Shown here: in pieces, positions 50,272-62,351 of the stretch
Layout of the letters: each line of letters opens with the position of its first letter
How positions within the stretch are numbered: the stretch's first letter is position 1
NCBI GenBank assembly: GCA_043228905.1
Contig: JBHGNT010000018.1
Coordinates: 11,594,001 to 11,658,000, forward strand
Direction: 5' to 3'
Source: Azolla caroliniana
Lineage: Eukaryota > Plantae > Polypodiophyta
Length of the DNA: 64,000 nt
Made by a program: the position numbers and the translations under genes
Notes under the pieces: model-generated
What the model was told of the DNA's origin: nothing
Databases searched by the model: none
What the model saw: the letters and a program-made list of their open reading frames with translations, nothing else

Positions 50272-50777
50272 TGTTAACCGTTTCTGGAGGAAACACCTTC
50301 GATGAGCCCACAGGCTATTGGTACCAAGGGGTCGTGTTACGTGGAGGCTTCTTCTACACCGAGAAGACGTTAGGGGAACGGGGAGCGTACACTGGCTACA
50401 ACCCGATAGACGTAGATGTAGCTCGGTTTACGAGTACGGGGAGAATACACAGATGAAGGAACAGTCAGGAGTGAGATTTATATTAAATGAGAAAGCTCAC
50501 AATGATTACAGTACATTGCTCTCAGCTAGAAACAGTTTTGTGTAGAGCTCCGTGCTACGATATTAATCCTGCTAAATAATCTATGTATCTCTCCTTCCTT
50601 GAGGTATGTAGATCTTGGTTTATATAATTTTATTCTTTGGACAAAGCTGAGCCATCGGCTGATTGTGAGGGCTCAAAAACTCGACTATTTTAGTTCTACC
50701 TATTTCCTCACCTACTTTTCTACCTACCGACGAGTTTACATATTTTGTATTTATATTTTTGGCTTATGGACAACACC

Positions 50778-50820
50778 TGGCACGCCCGTGGGACAGGACT
50801 TTGTCCGTCGGACCCACGAT
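50778..50820 (-). other. tRNA-Arg-like 3'-half module at the PPT position of M
   Basis: Minus strand ATCGTGGGTCCGACGGACAAAGTCCTGTCCCACGGGCGTGCCA, 2 nt before the 3' LTR; no purine tract present. Confidence 0.8.
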
Positions 50821-50922
50821 TTATAAAGTGGAGGGATAACAACAGATTTTGCCAAACAAATTTACAAAATTGCCCTTTTATACAAGGGGCTTACGAGTTT
50901 GTTTTAATCCTCTTCTAATATG

Positions 50923-53916
50923 CTAAGGATATCCTCGGGGGCATGGGGTTGGTGATGGGGGTTTTGCTGCCGAGTCCGGGATGGTGGTGTCTTCGCGTGC
51001 ACCGCCCTCTGTTGGTTCCGATTCTGGTAGGGTCGTGGTCATAGTTTGTTGCTCGGTTGTGATGTGGGTGTCTGTAGGGGCGGGTCCCTCCTGTCTGGCT
51101 TCCGTGGTGGTTGTTGTTGTTGGCTCTGGTTCATGGTCATCGGTTGTGGGAGCTTTGTTAGTCATGGTAGCTAGGCGTTCCTCCTCGTAAGCTTCGGCTT
51201 CTAAACGGAACATCATTTGATCGTCCTTGAATTCCTCTAGAAGTTGCTCGATTGCCGTGGTGTGGGATTCTGCTAAGGTATGATATTCCTCAGTCAAGTC
51301 TTCACTGAGGGTTTGGATGCTGGTGTCATCCATCTTGTAGAACCCTCGGCCCTCCTTCCTTTGGTTCTCGGCGTCCGCGCATAATATGTGTAGTTCAGTG
51401 GCTTGGGCTGACCATTCCTGCCATACACGGTCAAGTGTTTCCTCAATCTTCATGGTGAGTTGTTGGCGATATTTGTTGATCAGGATCTTTATTTTAGTAT
51501 CGTCCATGCTGATGCTAGCTCAGTGAACTTCCACTTCCTCCCTTTCGGCCTTGGCGTCTTCTTGGCATTTGCGGATGAGGAGCTCCAGAGTAGCTTGGTT
51601 ATCCTTTTCTTTTGTGGTTACGAGCGCGATTGTCTTCTCGTAACGTTTGGTGAGCTGAGCTAAAGTTTCGTCCATTGCCTGTATCCGAGCGTCCCGTTGT
51701 CGTTCCCTAGCGGCGATGTCCTCTATTTGCAACTGGTGATAAGCATCAGAAATTTGCGCCTTTTGCTCTTCAAAGATCCTCCACTTTTACATGTGTTCGT
51801 TTGCCAATTCTTGTAGTTCCCTTTGTTGACGGCGTAATTCCTGGTTGTCTACGAATAGCTCACATTCCCGTTGGCTATTCCTCTCTGCTTCTTTGATGAG
51901 TCGTTCTTTGGGCTCAGTGATAGTGACCTCAAGGTTCATCACCTCTCTTTCTTGTGCTTTGAGTGCGACCGAGATTTCAGCAAGCAGTCGCTTGAGGTAA
52001 AATTCGTGGCCCGCGACTTGTTCCCGTAGTTGTCCAATAGTGTTGTTGTGGTTTTGTTCTACTAACTCGGCCTGAGCGATCTGGGCCTTGAGCTTGTCTT
52101 GGTAGTCACAGAGGGGAGACCCTGTCTAGGTTGCAGCTTGCTGGTTCTGGGGATTGGGTTCCCTGACCGTCTTGTGTAGATCTTTCCATGACGACAGGCA
52201 GGCGTGGCGTTTGCATCGAGGTGTGGCTGGTTTGGGGGTGCAAGCTTTTATCTGCCAGTGATGATGTCTCGCTTGTCTGTACCGAATCCGTCATTGTGCT
52301 TGCATCGATCGTGGCTACCCTAAGATGAGTTGTGTCGTCGTTGTGTGATTTGGTAACAGTAGCACTCAGGCTTGGGTTCGGAAGAGGGGCTGGTGAGACA
52401 TTGTTACTCGGGGCATGGAGGCTTAAGGGTGGTTGTTCTCGATGTTGTTGCTCCAATGACGCCAGTTTCTGCTTGGTGGCCCGTTTGGCTTGCTGCTATG
52501 TCATTTTCATACGTCCGGCCATGTCCTTGGCTGCCCGAGTTGTGTGGTGCAGATTTTGATATGCCTTGACTAAGGCCGTGTTCAGATCTGGTAGCTCCAT
52601 GAGGAGAGAAGCATTCTGTGCTTGCTTCTTCCGACCTATCTTCTGTAAGGCTCGATCCTCTTGAGGTTCGAGTTCTCCCATTAGTGCGCGTTCGATCATC
52701 TTTGTTTCCGCGTGCTCCTCGGCCATAGGAGCGGCAACAGCTACTTGGGTGCGCACGAGGAAATCCATCAACTCGTATGTTGTGCCCAGTCGAAGTAGTA
52801 CATTGAACTCATATGCCTCTACGGGGAGGTCTTTGTAACGGATGACTTCCTCCTCTGATATTTGTGTGGTTTGTCCTTGCTCGATCCTACCTACTTGGAG
52901 CCATGACTCTACGGGTACCATGGTTGTGGAGGTCGGGCTGGCCTCCTTTGATTTTTGATGATGGGTCCCCTCGGTTTCTGTGGTCAACTCGCGATTGATG
53001 CGTCGTCTCATTTTCGGCTGATCCTGTGTGTTCGGGGCCTGTGGTGTTGGCTCCTCGGCTTGTTTCCTATTTTGTTGCCATATGCCCGAGGGCTACTGGT
53101 TTGTGGGGCGTGGGCTCGGTTGTGGAGAGGGCATCGATGTCCTTGGTGTCTTCTGTTGTATGGTGACATCCTCAGTGATGGGCTCCTCGGCCTCGTCCCA
53201 TTCAACACGAGTCACTGGTAATGCCCGTTGCTTCTGTGTTTTTGGTGGGGGTGGTGCTGAGGTGGGAGTAGGATTCTGAATGGTCGAAGGAGGTGGAGAG
53301 GGCAAGGGGTCTTTCCATTCTTCCTGGGTTAATGCCAAAATCTTCTCCCGTTGTTTTCATGGTGGTGGTGGAGAGGTAAGGATGCGACGAGAGGAAAATG
53401 AAGGAGGTGGGTAGAGGACTGTGAAGTAATGATTCATCACAGGTAGCAATCGCTTACCGGATTGAAAAAACTCTAGCGCTACATGGACTCCTTCGCCGGT
53501 GATAATTCCCCAATCGATTTTGTCGCCTTCGTACGCTCTGATGATCATGGCAGCCTTATTCTGTGGCATATACTCGTGGGATTTGTATGCACAAAAGCGT
53601 ATTCCATCAAAATTCGGGCGATCTCCCCAATAGACTTGTTTGGTCCTCCGTAAGTGCAGTAAGCATTTCCCGACATCGAATACATCCAAAAGTATTCCTT
53701 GAGGTTCGTGTGAGGAGGAATCTCAACCTCATGTTCTCCGCCTTGTGTAAGGTCCAGAGCAACGCGAATCATGTTGTTGGTTACTGTGTCAGGGTAGATT
53801 CTGCGTGCTATTGCTTGGGCGTCAGGGTGCGCTGGGGCGTCGATGACCTGTAAGTAGCCGCCCAATCCTCGTTGTTGTAGCCAAGAATGGGTTTCCTGCG
53901 ATGCTGAGAGAGGCAT
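50923..53916 (-). pseudogene. Extra ORF downstream of integrase (globular N-terminus, Pro/Thr-rich linker, long coiled-coil-like region), degenerate
   Basis: Chain of same-strand ORFs: 53545-53916, 53357-53689, 53093-53338, 52496-53011, 52106-52456, 51520-51732, 50923-51507. Confidence 0.7.
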
Positions 53917-54423
53917 GGTGGACTCAATGGTTGGCTGACAGGGAGAATGGGGGGGAGCGATGAGATGAGGGCGAGACAGAGAGATGGAAGAAGATTGTTG
54001 GGGAGGAAACCGTTGTTCTGTGTAGGGGCTACGAGGGCGAGAGAAGGCGTGTTTGCGGGAGCGATGACAACGAGAGAGAGCTTGGGAGCTTGAAGGCTCT
54101 GAAGGTAAAAAAGCTTCTGTGTGAGTGGGCGCATTGTGTGTGGGGTAGTTTCATTTATGTGATTGCCTAGGGTTTTGTGCAGGGAGAAGATCCTTTAGAT
54201 TCTTTGTTGTGGCTACCATAATAAGGTATTATGGCCATGCGTCACATGAGTGCTATGCTTGGTGTGCATGTTCCTTAAATATTCTACTTTAATGTGAAGG
54301 TGACTAGTTTGTGCGCCTAAGAAAATGTCGTGATTTGGGGTGATTTGTTAGGTAGTTTAGGTAAGGCTAATTTAAATGCTAAAACTATTCTTAATATATA
54401 ATTTTGGTGGGTAGGTCATTATT

Positions 54424-57400
54424 TTACCGATGGGGGCACGTGGCCTCCTTCGTGGCGTCGTCCGTGAACTGGTCCGTGCCGTGAGACTTAGCGAAGGGAT
54501 TATGTGGGGTATTTCCTTGGTAAGGTCGAAGTCGGAATCCATTTACCGAGCTTTTGACGATGTCTCTGGCAAGTGTGCCATTAAACTCGTCAATTATCCA
54601 GAAGGGGCTTGTCCATCGGAATCGTAATTTCCCCGGCATAGCACCGAGTCGTGTTTGGAAGACCAGTACTGGTTTGCCGATGGTAAGTGCTTTCTCCGTA
54701 CCTTTCCGGTGACGATCGACGAAGGCTTTGCGTTGTCATTGGCATTGTTCCAGTTGAGCCATGATGGCCACTCGATGTTCGCCGAGTTCGAGGAGTTGTT
54801 CGAGCAGATATTGCTCTGATTGGGCCTCGGGTAGCCTTTCCTTAACCTGTACTCAGAGACTCGGAACTTGGGACTCGATCAGCATGACTGCTTCCAAACC
54901 AAAGGCCATCCAAAAGGGTGTAGATTGAATGCTAGTTTTAAATGTGGTGTGATACGCCCATAATGCACTCTAGAGCTTGTCATCCCAATTGGTGCGGTTC
55001 TCATTGACGATCTTTTTTAGGATTGTCTACAAAATTTTATTAGTAGATTCCGCCAATCCGTTTGCCTGAGGATAGTACGGTGTACTTTTCTTATGTACGA
55101 CCACGTAGTGTGTAGTGAGCTCCTGAATTATATGGTTTATAAAATGCCCGCCTTGGTCACTAATGAGCTCGATTGGGCATCCATATCGGCACCATAGATG
55201 TTCGTAAACAAACTTTCCTGTGGATGCAGCCATGTTGTCCCCTAGTACCTTAGCCTCGACCCATTTTGTGCAATAGTCCGTGGCCACAATTATATATTTG
55301 TTACCGGTGTGAGCTGCGGCTGGTTTGAAAGGTCCCACAAAATCTAACCCCCACTTTTGAAATGGTTCTAATGGGAGAATGGGTTGGTGCGGCATCCGGG
55401 CTTGCTCGGTCAGTTGTCCCATGCCTTGACACAAATTGCACTATTGACAGAATTCATGAGCATCTTTTTTCGTTGTAGGCCATCATAAGCCACTCTGCCA
55501 TATTTTTCTTGTCGTGGCCTCTCCAACGTAATGTCCCCCCGCGATTCCGTGATGTGCCTCCTGGAGGATTGCGTGTTTCTCAAATTGATGGATTGCACGA
55601 CGCCAGATGTCCTTCGAGCCTTTGTGGTAGAGGGTGTCGAAGACCAGACAAAAGTTTCGGCTCCAGACAGCTAGTCGTTTCCGAGCATTGAGGGTCAGGT
55701 GGTCGGGAGGAAGGCCGGTGCTGAGGAAATGGGTCATCTCCGTGATCCATTCATCTTCATTTTCGTTTGGCACCGTTGCGAGACTAAAAAGGGTGGCGTC
55801 GGGTAGCTCATTGTACGTGGACTCGACTGGTTCTCCTGACTCGGGGTGGCTCAAGTAGTCAGCTACGGCGTGTTGGACTCCAGGCCGGTGTTGGATCTGA
55901 AAATCAAACTCTTGTAGCAGGAGCATCCATCAGGCCAGGTGACCTGTGAGGGCTTGTTTATTAACCAAGTAGAGGAGAGCCGAGTGATCGACGTGGAATG
56001 TGAATTTCCGGCCCAAGAGGTAATGCCGGAATTTGTTGATGTTGTAAACCATATCGAGGGCCTCACGTTCAGTTGTTGAGTAGTTCTTCTCTGCGGCCGG
56101 AAGTTGTTGGCTAGCATAATACACTAGCCGGTACCAATTTGGTGGTGTACGCTGCATGAGCGCGTTGCCGATGGCTATATATGATGCGTCTACGAAGACG
56201 TGAAAAGGTTCCGACCAGACTAGTGGTTGTACAACAGGGGCATGGGAGAGCATTAACTTCAAGGATTGGTAAGCCTCGTCTTCTATTGAAGACCATTGAA
56301 ATGGGAGTCTATGCACAACCGCGTGCAATGGAGTCGCAAAATCCGGCTATGCCATCTGATTTGGCCCAGGAATCGGCTGAGGACCTTCACAATAGAGGCC
56401 GTGGGAGCATTCAGAATGGTTTGCACTTTATCCGGTCCATGGCGATACTTTCTTGAATGACTATGTGCCCGAGCAAGTTGCCTCTTGTCACCAAGAACGT
56501 GCATTTTGTCGGATTTAAGCTCAACCGAGCTTGTCGACATCGATCGAGACAGAGGCATAACTGGGTCATATGCTTCAACCGCTGGCCATACACGGCAAAG
56601 TCGTCGAGGAAAACTTGCATGAACGCCAGGATATACTCATTGAAAATCTCGGTGATGATGCACTAGAATGTGGCTGGTGCCGTTTTTAATCCGAACATCA
56701 TTACATCGGCCACGAAGACACCCCATTCCGTGACAAACGTTGTTTTCTCCTTATCGTCCAAGTGCATTCTGATTTGGTTACAGCCACTGAACCCATCGAG
56801 AAAACTGTAGCATTCATGACTAGCCACCGTGTCGAGGACACTATCCGTGAACGGGAGAGGAAACCCATCCTTCATTGTCGCGGCATTGAGTTTGCGGTAA
56901 TAAATGCAAACACGGATTTTCCCATTTTTCTTGGGGACGATGACTATTGGGCTTAACCAGGTGGCTCTTTTTATTGGGCGTATAAAACCTACTCGAAGGA
57001 GCTTGTTGATCTCCTCTTTGACCTTAGCCGCGTAGTTGGGGTTCATATGGTATCGTCGTTGTTGGGCTGGCCGAGCGTCAGACAGGAGGTGTATTTGGTG
57101 TTGGTAATATTGGGGATCCAATCCCTTCATATCAGTGTAAGACCATGCGAATACATCCTGAAACTCCGTGAGCAGGCGTATGAGGGTTGACCATTCGTTG
57201 GTTGGTAAGTTGTTCGCGATTTGTAGCGTACGCGAGTTCTCGTCAGAGCCGAGGTTGAGCGACTCGAGCGTTGATGCTTTGACTCGTTGGGAGATGGCGA
57301 GTTCCCATTCAAACGCGTCCCGAGCGTGACGTAATTCCGCGATAGTTGTGGAATCTAGCTCGTCCTGGGGAAGTGAATCTTCCGTGACATCCTCGTCTGG

Positions 57401-59783
57401 GGGTGTGCCGAAGGCCGAGATGGCGTCTATTTCGAAGAGGGGTATGATAGTGGGATGATCTTCTAGGAAGACATCTACCTCGTCGCCGGCTAACCCGTCA
57501 AGCATGTGTACCCCTTCTGCGTATAAGGGTGTGGTGTTGTGCGGCGTGGTTAGGCGTTCTTCTGTTATTATACGTACCTTGGTCTTCCCCCGACGGAAAG
57601 AGATCATATTTCACTGCCAATGTTGCTTAATATTTGTTGTGCGCAGCCAGGGTCGTCCAAGCAGCATTGGGTAGGCGCCCAGAGCTTCGAGGCGTAACAC
57701 GATTGCCGAGATAGTGAACATGTGGCCTCCTAACGTGAAGTCGAGGTGGCGGATTAACCCTATGGGGCGAACCAATCACGTATCGGCATCCAAAGCCAAA
57801 AGGGGCAAGGTTCCCATTGGTTCAAACCGAGTGTGTGACATGTGGCATCGTTGATGATGTTCACACCGGAGCCACCATCAATTATGCATCCCTGAAGGTC
57901 GCGTCCTTTAATCATGATTTTCATGGCTGGATTCTGGGAATCCATGATGGGTGGGCCCGTCCCTAGCTCTATCAGGTTAACAGGGGGTGCGGCCGATTTG
58001 TCATTAGTCGTGAGCGTCGCCAAGATATCCCGAAAGCGTGGAATAAGCAGTAAAAGCTTATGCAATGGCAGCGAGATCTTGGAACTGGTATGGGCGTCCC
58101 ACAGATGGTCATCTTCTGACGCGGTGGATGCATCTCTATGTGCATCCGCTCCACGTTACTTTTATTGGCAGTGTCAATCCATTCCTTGGCTGCTTGTCGG
58201 ACGTCCTCTTGTACTCGCCATTGGATGGCCTGGGTTTTGTTGCGTGTAGTGACGTGTTGAACATCGGCCATAATAATATTCACAGCCAGGGCCTTGTTGT
58301 GGTGCGTGGTTCGGCATTGGGTAGCGTAGTGGCCGGGTTGGTTACACTTAAAGTAGGTAACCGATGCCGAGTTGTTGGTGTCACCGTGCTGAGTGTGTGG
58401 GAGAGAGTGTGAGCGGTTCCCGGCCTCTTGTGTAGGCGTGTTGGCCCGTGGCGCGTTATGGGGAAGAGAGTTGTGCGGTACGTTTGGAGGAGGGTCCCGA
58501 CGATGATTGTCGTTATGCCGTCGATTGTTCCGCGAACCTTTGTAACATTTTCTTCTATTGTTTCGTGAATACCGTTGATCGTACCGGTCATCCCGGTCAT
58601 CGTTGTACCGGACATAGTCGTTGTTTGCTCTATATTGGTCATCATGATATTGGTCACGGCGGTCGTCCGATCTCCTCCGGTTGTTGTGGCGGTAGCAGTT
58701 GTCGTCATCGCGGCGCTGACAATCCGGGGATCGTGGTCACTCGTTATCCCGATGTCGGTATGACTAACGTTCGTCCTGCCATGGGTATGTATTTCGAGGC
58801 TCGATCTGGCGAACCGGAGTTGTCGTTGTGCGGTTGAGCATGTTGTATTCGCATTGTTCGATCGTGTGAGATCGGGACTGACAGATTGACCAATGTGGCC
58901 GGTGAGGGCACTCGAGAGCCAGATGGCCTGAGCCCGAGCAGGCTGTGCATTGGAGGGCTTGTCGAAAACGATTGTCCTCCTGAGGAAGGGTGCTTCGCAA
59001 AGAACCCATGGAGAAAGTCGTGTTATGTTGTGTCCGATCGATGGCGAGGATGCGTGCGATGACCTGCTCGATTGTCTGGTTAGAGAAATTGGTAAGTGCA
59101 AGAGTCGTCTGTAGAGGCTCTCATAGGTTGGAAAGGAAGGTATCTGGAATGTGATGTGCGGAGACATCGTCGGCCAATTGTCTGTAGAGATCCTAAAATC
59201 AGATCGTGAACTGGGTGACCGTCTCGTGAGGTTCTTGGCTCATGGAAAAGAACTGTCGGAGTAGTTCGCATTTCGGAACTTTGCAGTGAAATAATTCTAG
59301 AAACTTTGTTCATACGTCCTAGAACGTTGTGACCTCCCCCACGTCGAGGCAGGAATACCATCGAGCAACCGGACCATCGAGGGATAGAGCAAATTCTGTG
59401 ATTTTGGAGGACTTGATTTCGGCAGCCGATAACCGTTGCGTCGAGTGGTTGGCCTGCCATGTGGACATGAAAGCACGGGTGTGCGATTCCACATCGGGGC
59501 TGTTTGTATATCGTGGGTAAGGGTAAGGCATGGTATCGAGATCCGGGTATTTAGGTAAAGCCGGAAAAGGGTTAGGGTCAGGTTGGGTGACCTCTGGAAG
59601 GCTTGGTAGGGAGATCGGTGCGGAAACAACTCGCAACTGGGTATCGGGTGGTGAGGATTGTAACCGGTGAGCCTCCGATGATTCCTCGAAAGATTGGTCA
59701 GTGACCGCCGAGTCGGAAGTTCCTTCTACTAGGTCGGGGCGTCGAGCAGGTGGCCGAGACCGCTTGATGCGATTGGGCGCCAT
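54424..59783 (-). pseudogene. Gypsy M gag-pol, fragmented
   Basis: Gag LSLDGPVARWY; CTACSGSGHLALEC; PR IIDGGSGVNI; RT FLDGFSG, MFGLK, FLDD; RH VDAS, YSTTERE; IN WGLDFVGP, SDQG, YPQANGLAE, KLRFRW. Confidence 0.92.
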
Positions 59784-59836
59784 AATGGCGGCTGAGGTTT
59801 GCCTCCTACATAGTTCATTGTGACCTTACAGTTGTA

Positions 59837-59849
59837 ACCGAGCATGCCA
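59837..59849 (-). other. PBS of M, tRNA-Arg(UCU)-like
   Basis: TGGCATGCTCGGT, 5 nt from the 5' LTR. Matches recalled TGGCACGCCCGGT with two C>T changes. Confidence 0.7.
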
Positions 59850-60542
59850 AATTGTGTTAACCGTTTCTGGAGGAAACACCTTCGATGAGCCCACAGGCTA
59901 TCGGTATCAAGGGGTCGTGTTACGTGGAGGCTTCTTCTACACCGAGAAGACGTTAGGGGAACAGGGAGCGTACACTAGCTACAACCCGATAGACATAGAC
60001 GTAGCTCGGTTTGAGTATGGGAGAATACACAAATGAAGGAACAGTAAGAGTGAGATTTATATTAAATGAGAAAGCTCACAATTATTACAGTACACGGCTC
60101 TCAGCCGGAAATAGTTTTGTGTAGAGCTCCGTGCTAGGATATTAATCCTACTAAATAATCTATGTATCTCTCCTTCCTCGAGGTATGCAGATCTCAGTTT
60201 ATATAATTTTCTTCTTTAGACAGAGCCGAGCCATCGGCTGATTGTGAGGGCTCAAAACTTCGAATATTTAAGTTCTACCTATTTCCTCACCTACTTTTCT
60301 ACCTACCGACAAGTTTACATATTTTGTATTTATATTTCTGGCCTATGGACAACAAGAAGGTCCGGTTCAGAGCCTTCTTCAGTGTTTGTATCTTGACTTT
60401 GTCTCGTCTGACGATCAACATGTCGTCCACATATAGGAGGAGTATCAGGAAGTCTCCACCTTCAAACTTCTTCACAAACACGCAGTGATCGGCTTGCGTC
60501 TTGTGGTATCCTTGATCCGTCATGAAGGAGTCGAACTTCCGG

Positions 60543-62347
60543 TGTCATGTGGTTTTTCACACACGATATTAAAACTATCTAAAAAATAATGAAATAATTA
60601 TTTTAGATTAGATTAGTAGCTTGTTATAGAAATATGGATGTACTCAAGAGTTTCAAAACGCATTTTACTACATACAAAATAGATAACTACATATCAAGTT
60701 AGGTGGACATGAAGCTTGAGAAGATAGGGAAAATAGAATTTTGAAGTATCCCACATAGATAGGAAACTTAAGGCCCTAGCTATATAGGCACATTGAGATC
60801 CTTCATTTTTCATTTGCGCTAAGAGCACTTTGGCCACTTTGTCTAGATGGATGAATGTGGCCAAGTTCCCAAAAACCGACTAGCAATAAAATGGAACCGG
60901 CCGTAATGGAACTAGAACTGGCTGGTAAGCAAACTGGAACCGGTGGTAAAGCAAATCGGAACCGGTTGGTAAGCAATCCGGAACCGGCCGGTAAGCAAAC
61001 CGGAACCGGTTGGTAAGCAATCCGGAACCGGCCGGTAAGCAAACCAGAACCGGCTAATAAGCAAACAAGAACCGGTCGGTAAGCAAATCGGAACTGGTGA
61101 AATCGGCAATCGGATGGTGTTGGAAACCGAGCAGATCCGACAACCGGCGATTGGACGGAACCGGTGATCGGGCGGAATCGGCGACCGGACAATGTTGGAC
61201 GCAGACCGAACGGATTGGATGGGCGGCGATTGAGACGGACAGATGATAGGATCATGTGGCTAATTAAAGTAAAGTAAAGGTCATGTGGACGGTCGCATGC
61301 AACTAAAAGAAAAAGGCATGCAACTAAGAATGGATGCAACTAAAAGTAGAGGCCATGTAACTAAAAGTGGACATACAAAGTAACATGGAAGGCTATGATC
61401 AACGGGGAACTCCATATAAAATTCCATTTTTTTCCTACACTCATTCTCTCTCCATTTTTATTTTCTTTTCCTTCTTAGCTCCTTCATCTTATCGAAACCA
61501 TAACTCTCATAAACCGTTCCTTACGGAAGCCATAAAGCCTAAATTTCCTTACGGAAGCCAAACACCCTAAATTTCCTTACGAAAGCCATAAACCCTAATT
61601 TTCCGTACGGAAGCCATATCTCTCAAAACCCCTAATTTTTCTTTTCTATTAATCTTATTAAACCTAAAACTTCTGAATCCCAATCTTGGGACATATTGTA
61701 ATTTCTTTTCCTTTGTTAATGAAAATTATTAAATTTCTCATTTCCATTAATTCTTAAAGTATAAACGCACAAATCTGATATCCTCTAGTCGGAGGCCTCG
61801 GGATCCTGCCTCAAGTAAAGGTCATGTGGACGGTCGCATGCAACTAAAAGAAAAAGCCATGCAACTAAAAGTAGAGGACATGCAACTAAAAGTGGACATA
61901 CAAAGTAACATGAAAAACGATGATCAACGGGGAACTCCATATAAAATTCCATTTTTTTTCCTACACTCATCCTCTCTCCATTTTTATTTTCTTTTCCTTC
62001 TTAGCTCCTTCATCTTATCGAAACCATAACTCTCATAAACCCTAATTTCCTTATGGAAGCCATAAACCCTAAATTTCCTTACGGAAGCCATAAACCTTAA
62101 TTTTCCCTACAGAAGCCATATCTCTCAAAACCCCTAATTTTTCTTTTCTATTAATCTTAATAAACCTAAAACTTCTGAATCCCAATCTTGGGACATATTG
62201 TAAATTCTTTTCCTTTGTTAATGAAAATTAGTAAATTTCTCGTTTCCATTAATTCTTAAAGTATAAACGCACAAATCTGATATCCTTTGGTCGGAGGCCC
62301 CGGGGTCCTGCCTCAAGTTCATGTGTCCTCGTCGTATTTTCGCGACA
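60543..62347 (+). mobile_element. Gypsy LTR-only remnant N (J family): one near-complete LTR fused to the 3' ~530 bp of a second, 4-bp TSD CCGG/CCAG
   Basis: TGTCATG...CGCGACA, homologous to the J LTR. At ~61815 the sequence restarts at the equivalent of ~61271. Confidence 0.88.
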
Positions 62348-62351
62348 CCAG

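Larger units (their letters stand above)
50272..60354 (-). mobile_element. Non-chromovirus Ty3/Gypsy element M (Athila/Tat-like) with extra 3' ORF, TSD AGAAG
   Basis: LTRs 50272-50775 and 59855-60354; AGAAG at 50267-50271 and 60355-60359; gag-PR-RT-RH-IN on the minus strand; PBS 59837-59849. Confidence 0.95.

Noticed and set aside
50272-60354. Reading M as a plus-strand element (PBS-like site at 50778) with an inverted interior
   Set aside because: The LTR TATA-like and poly(A)-like signals, gag-pol and a separate PBS at 59849 all point to the minus strand. There is no PPT before the right LTR either, and D has the same layout.
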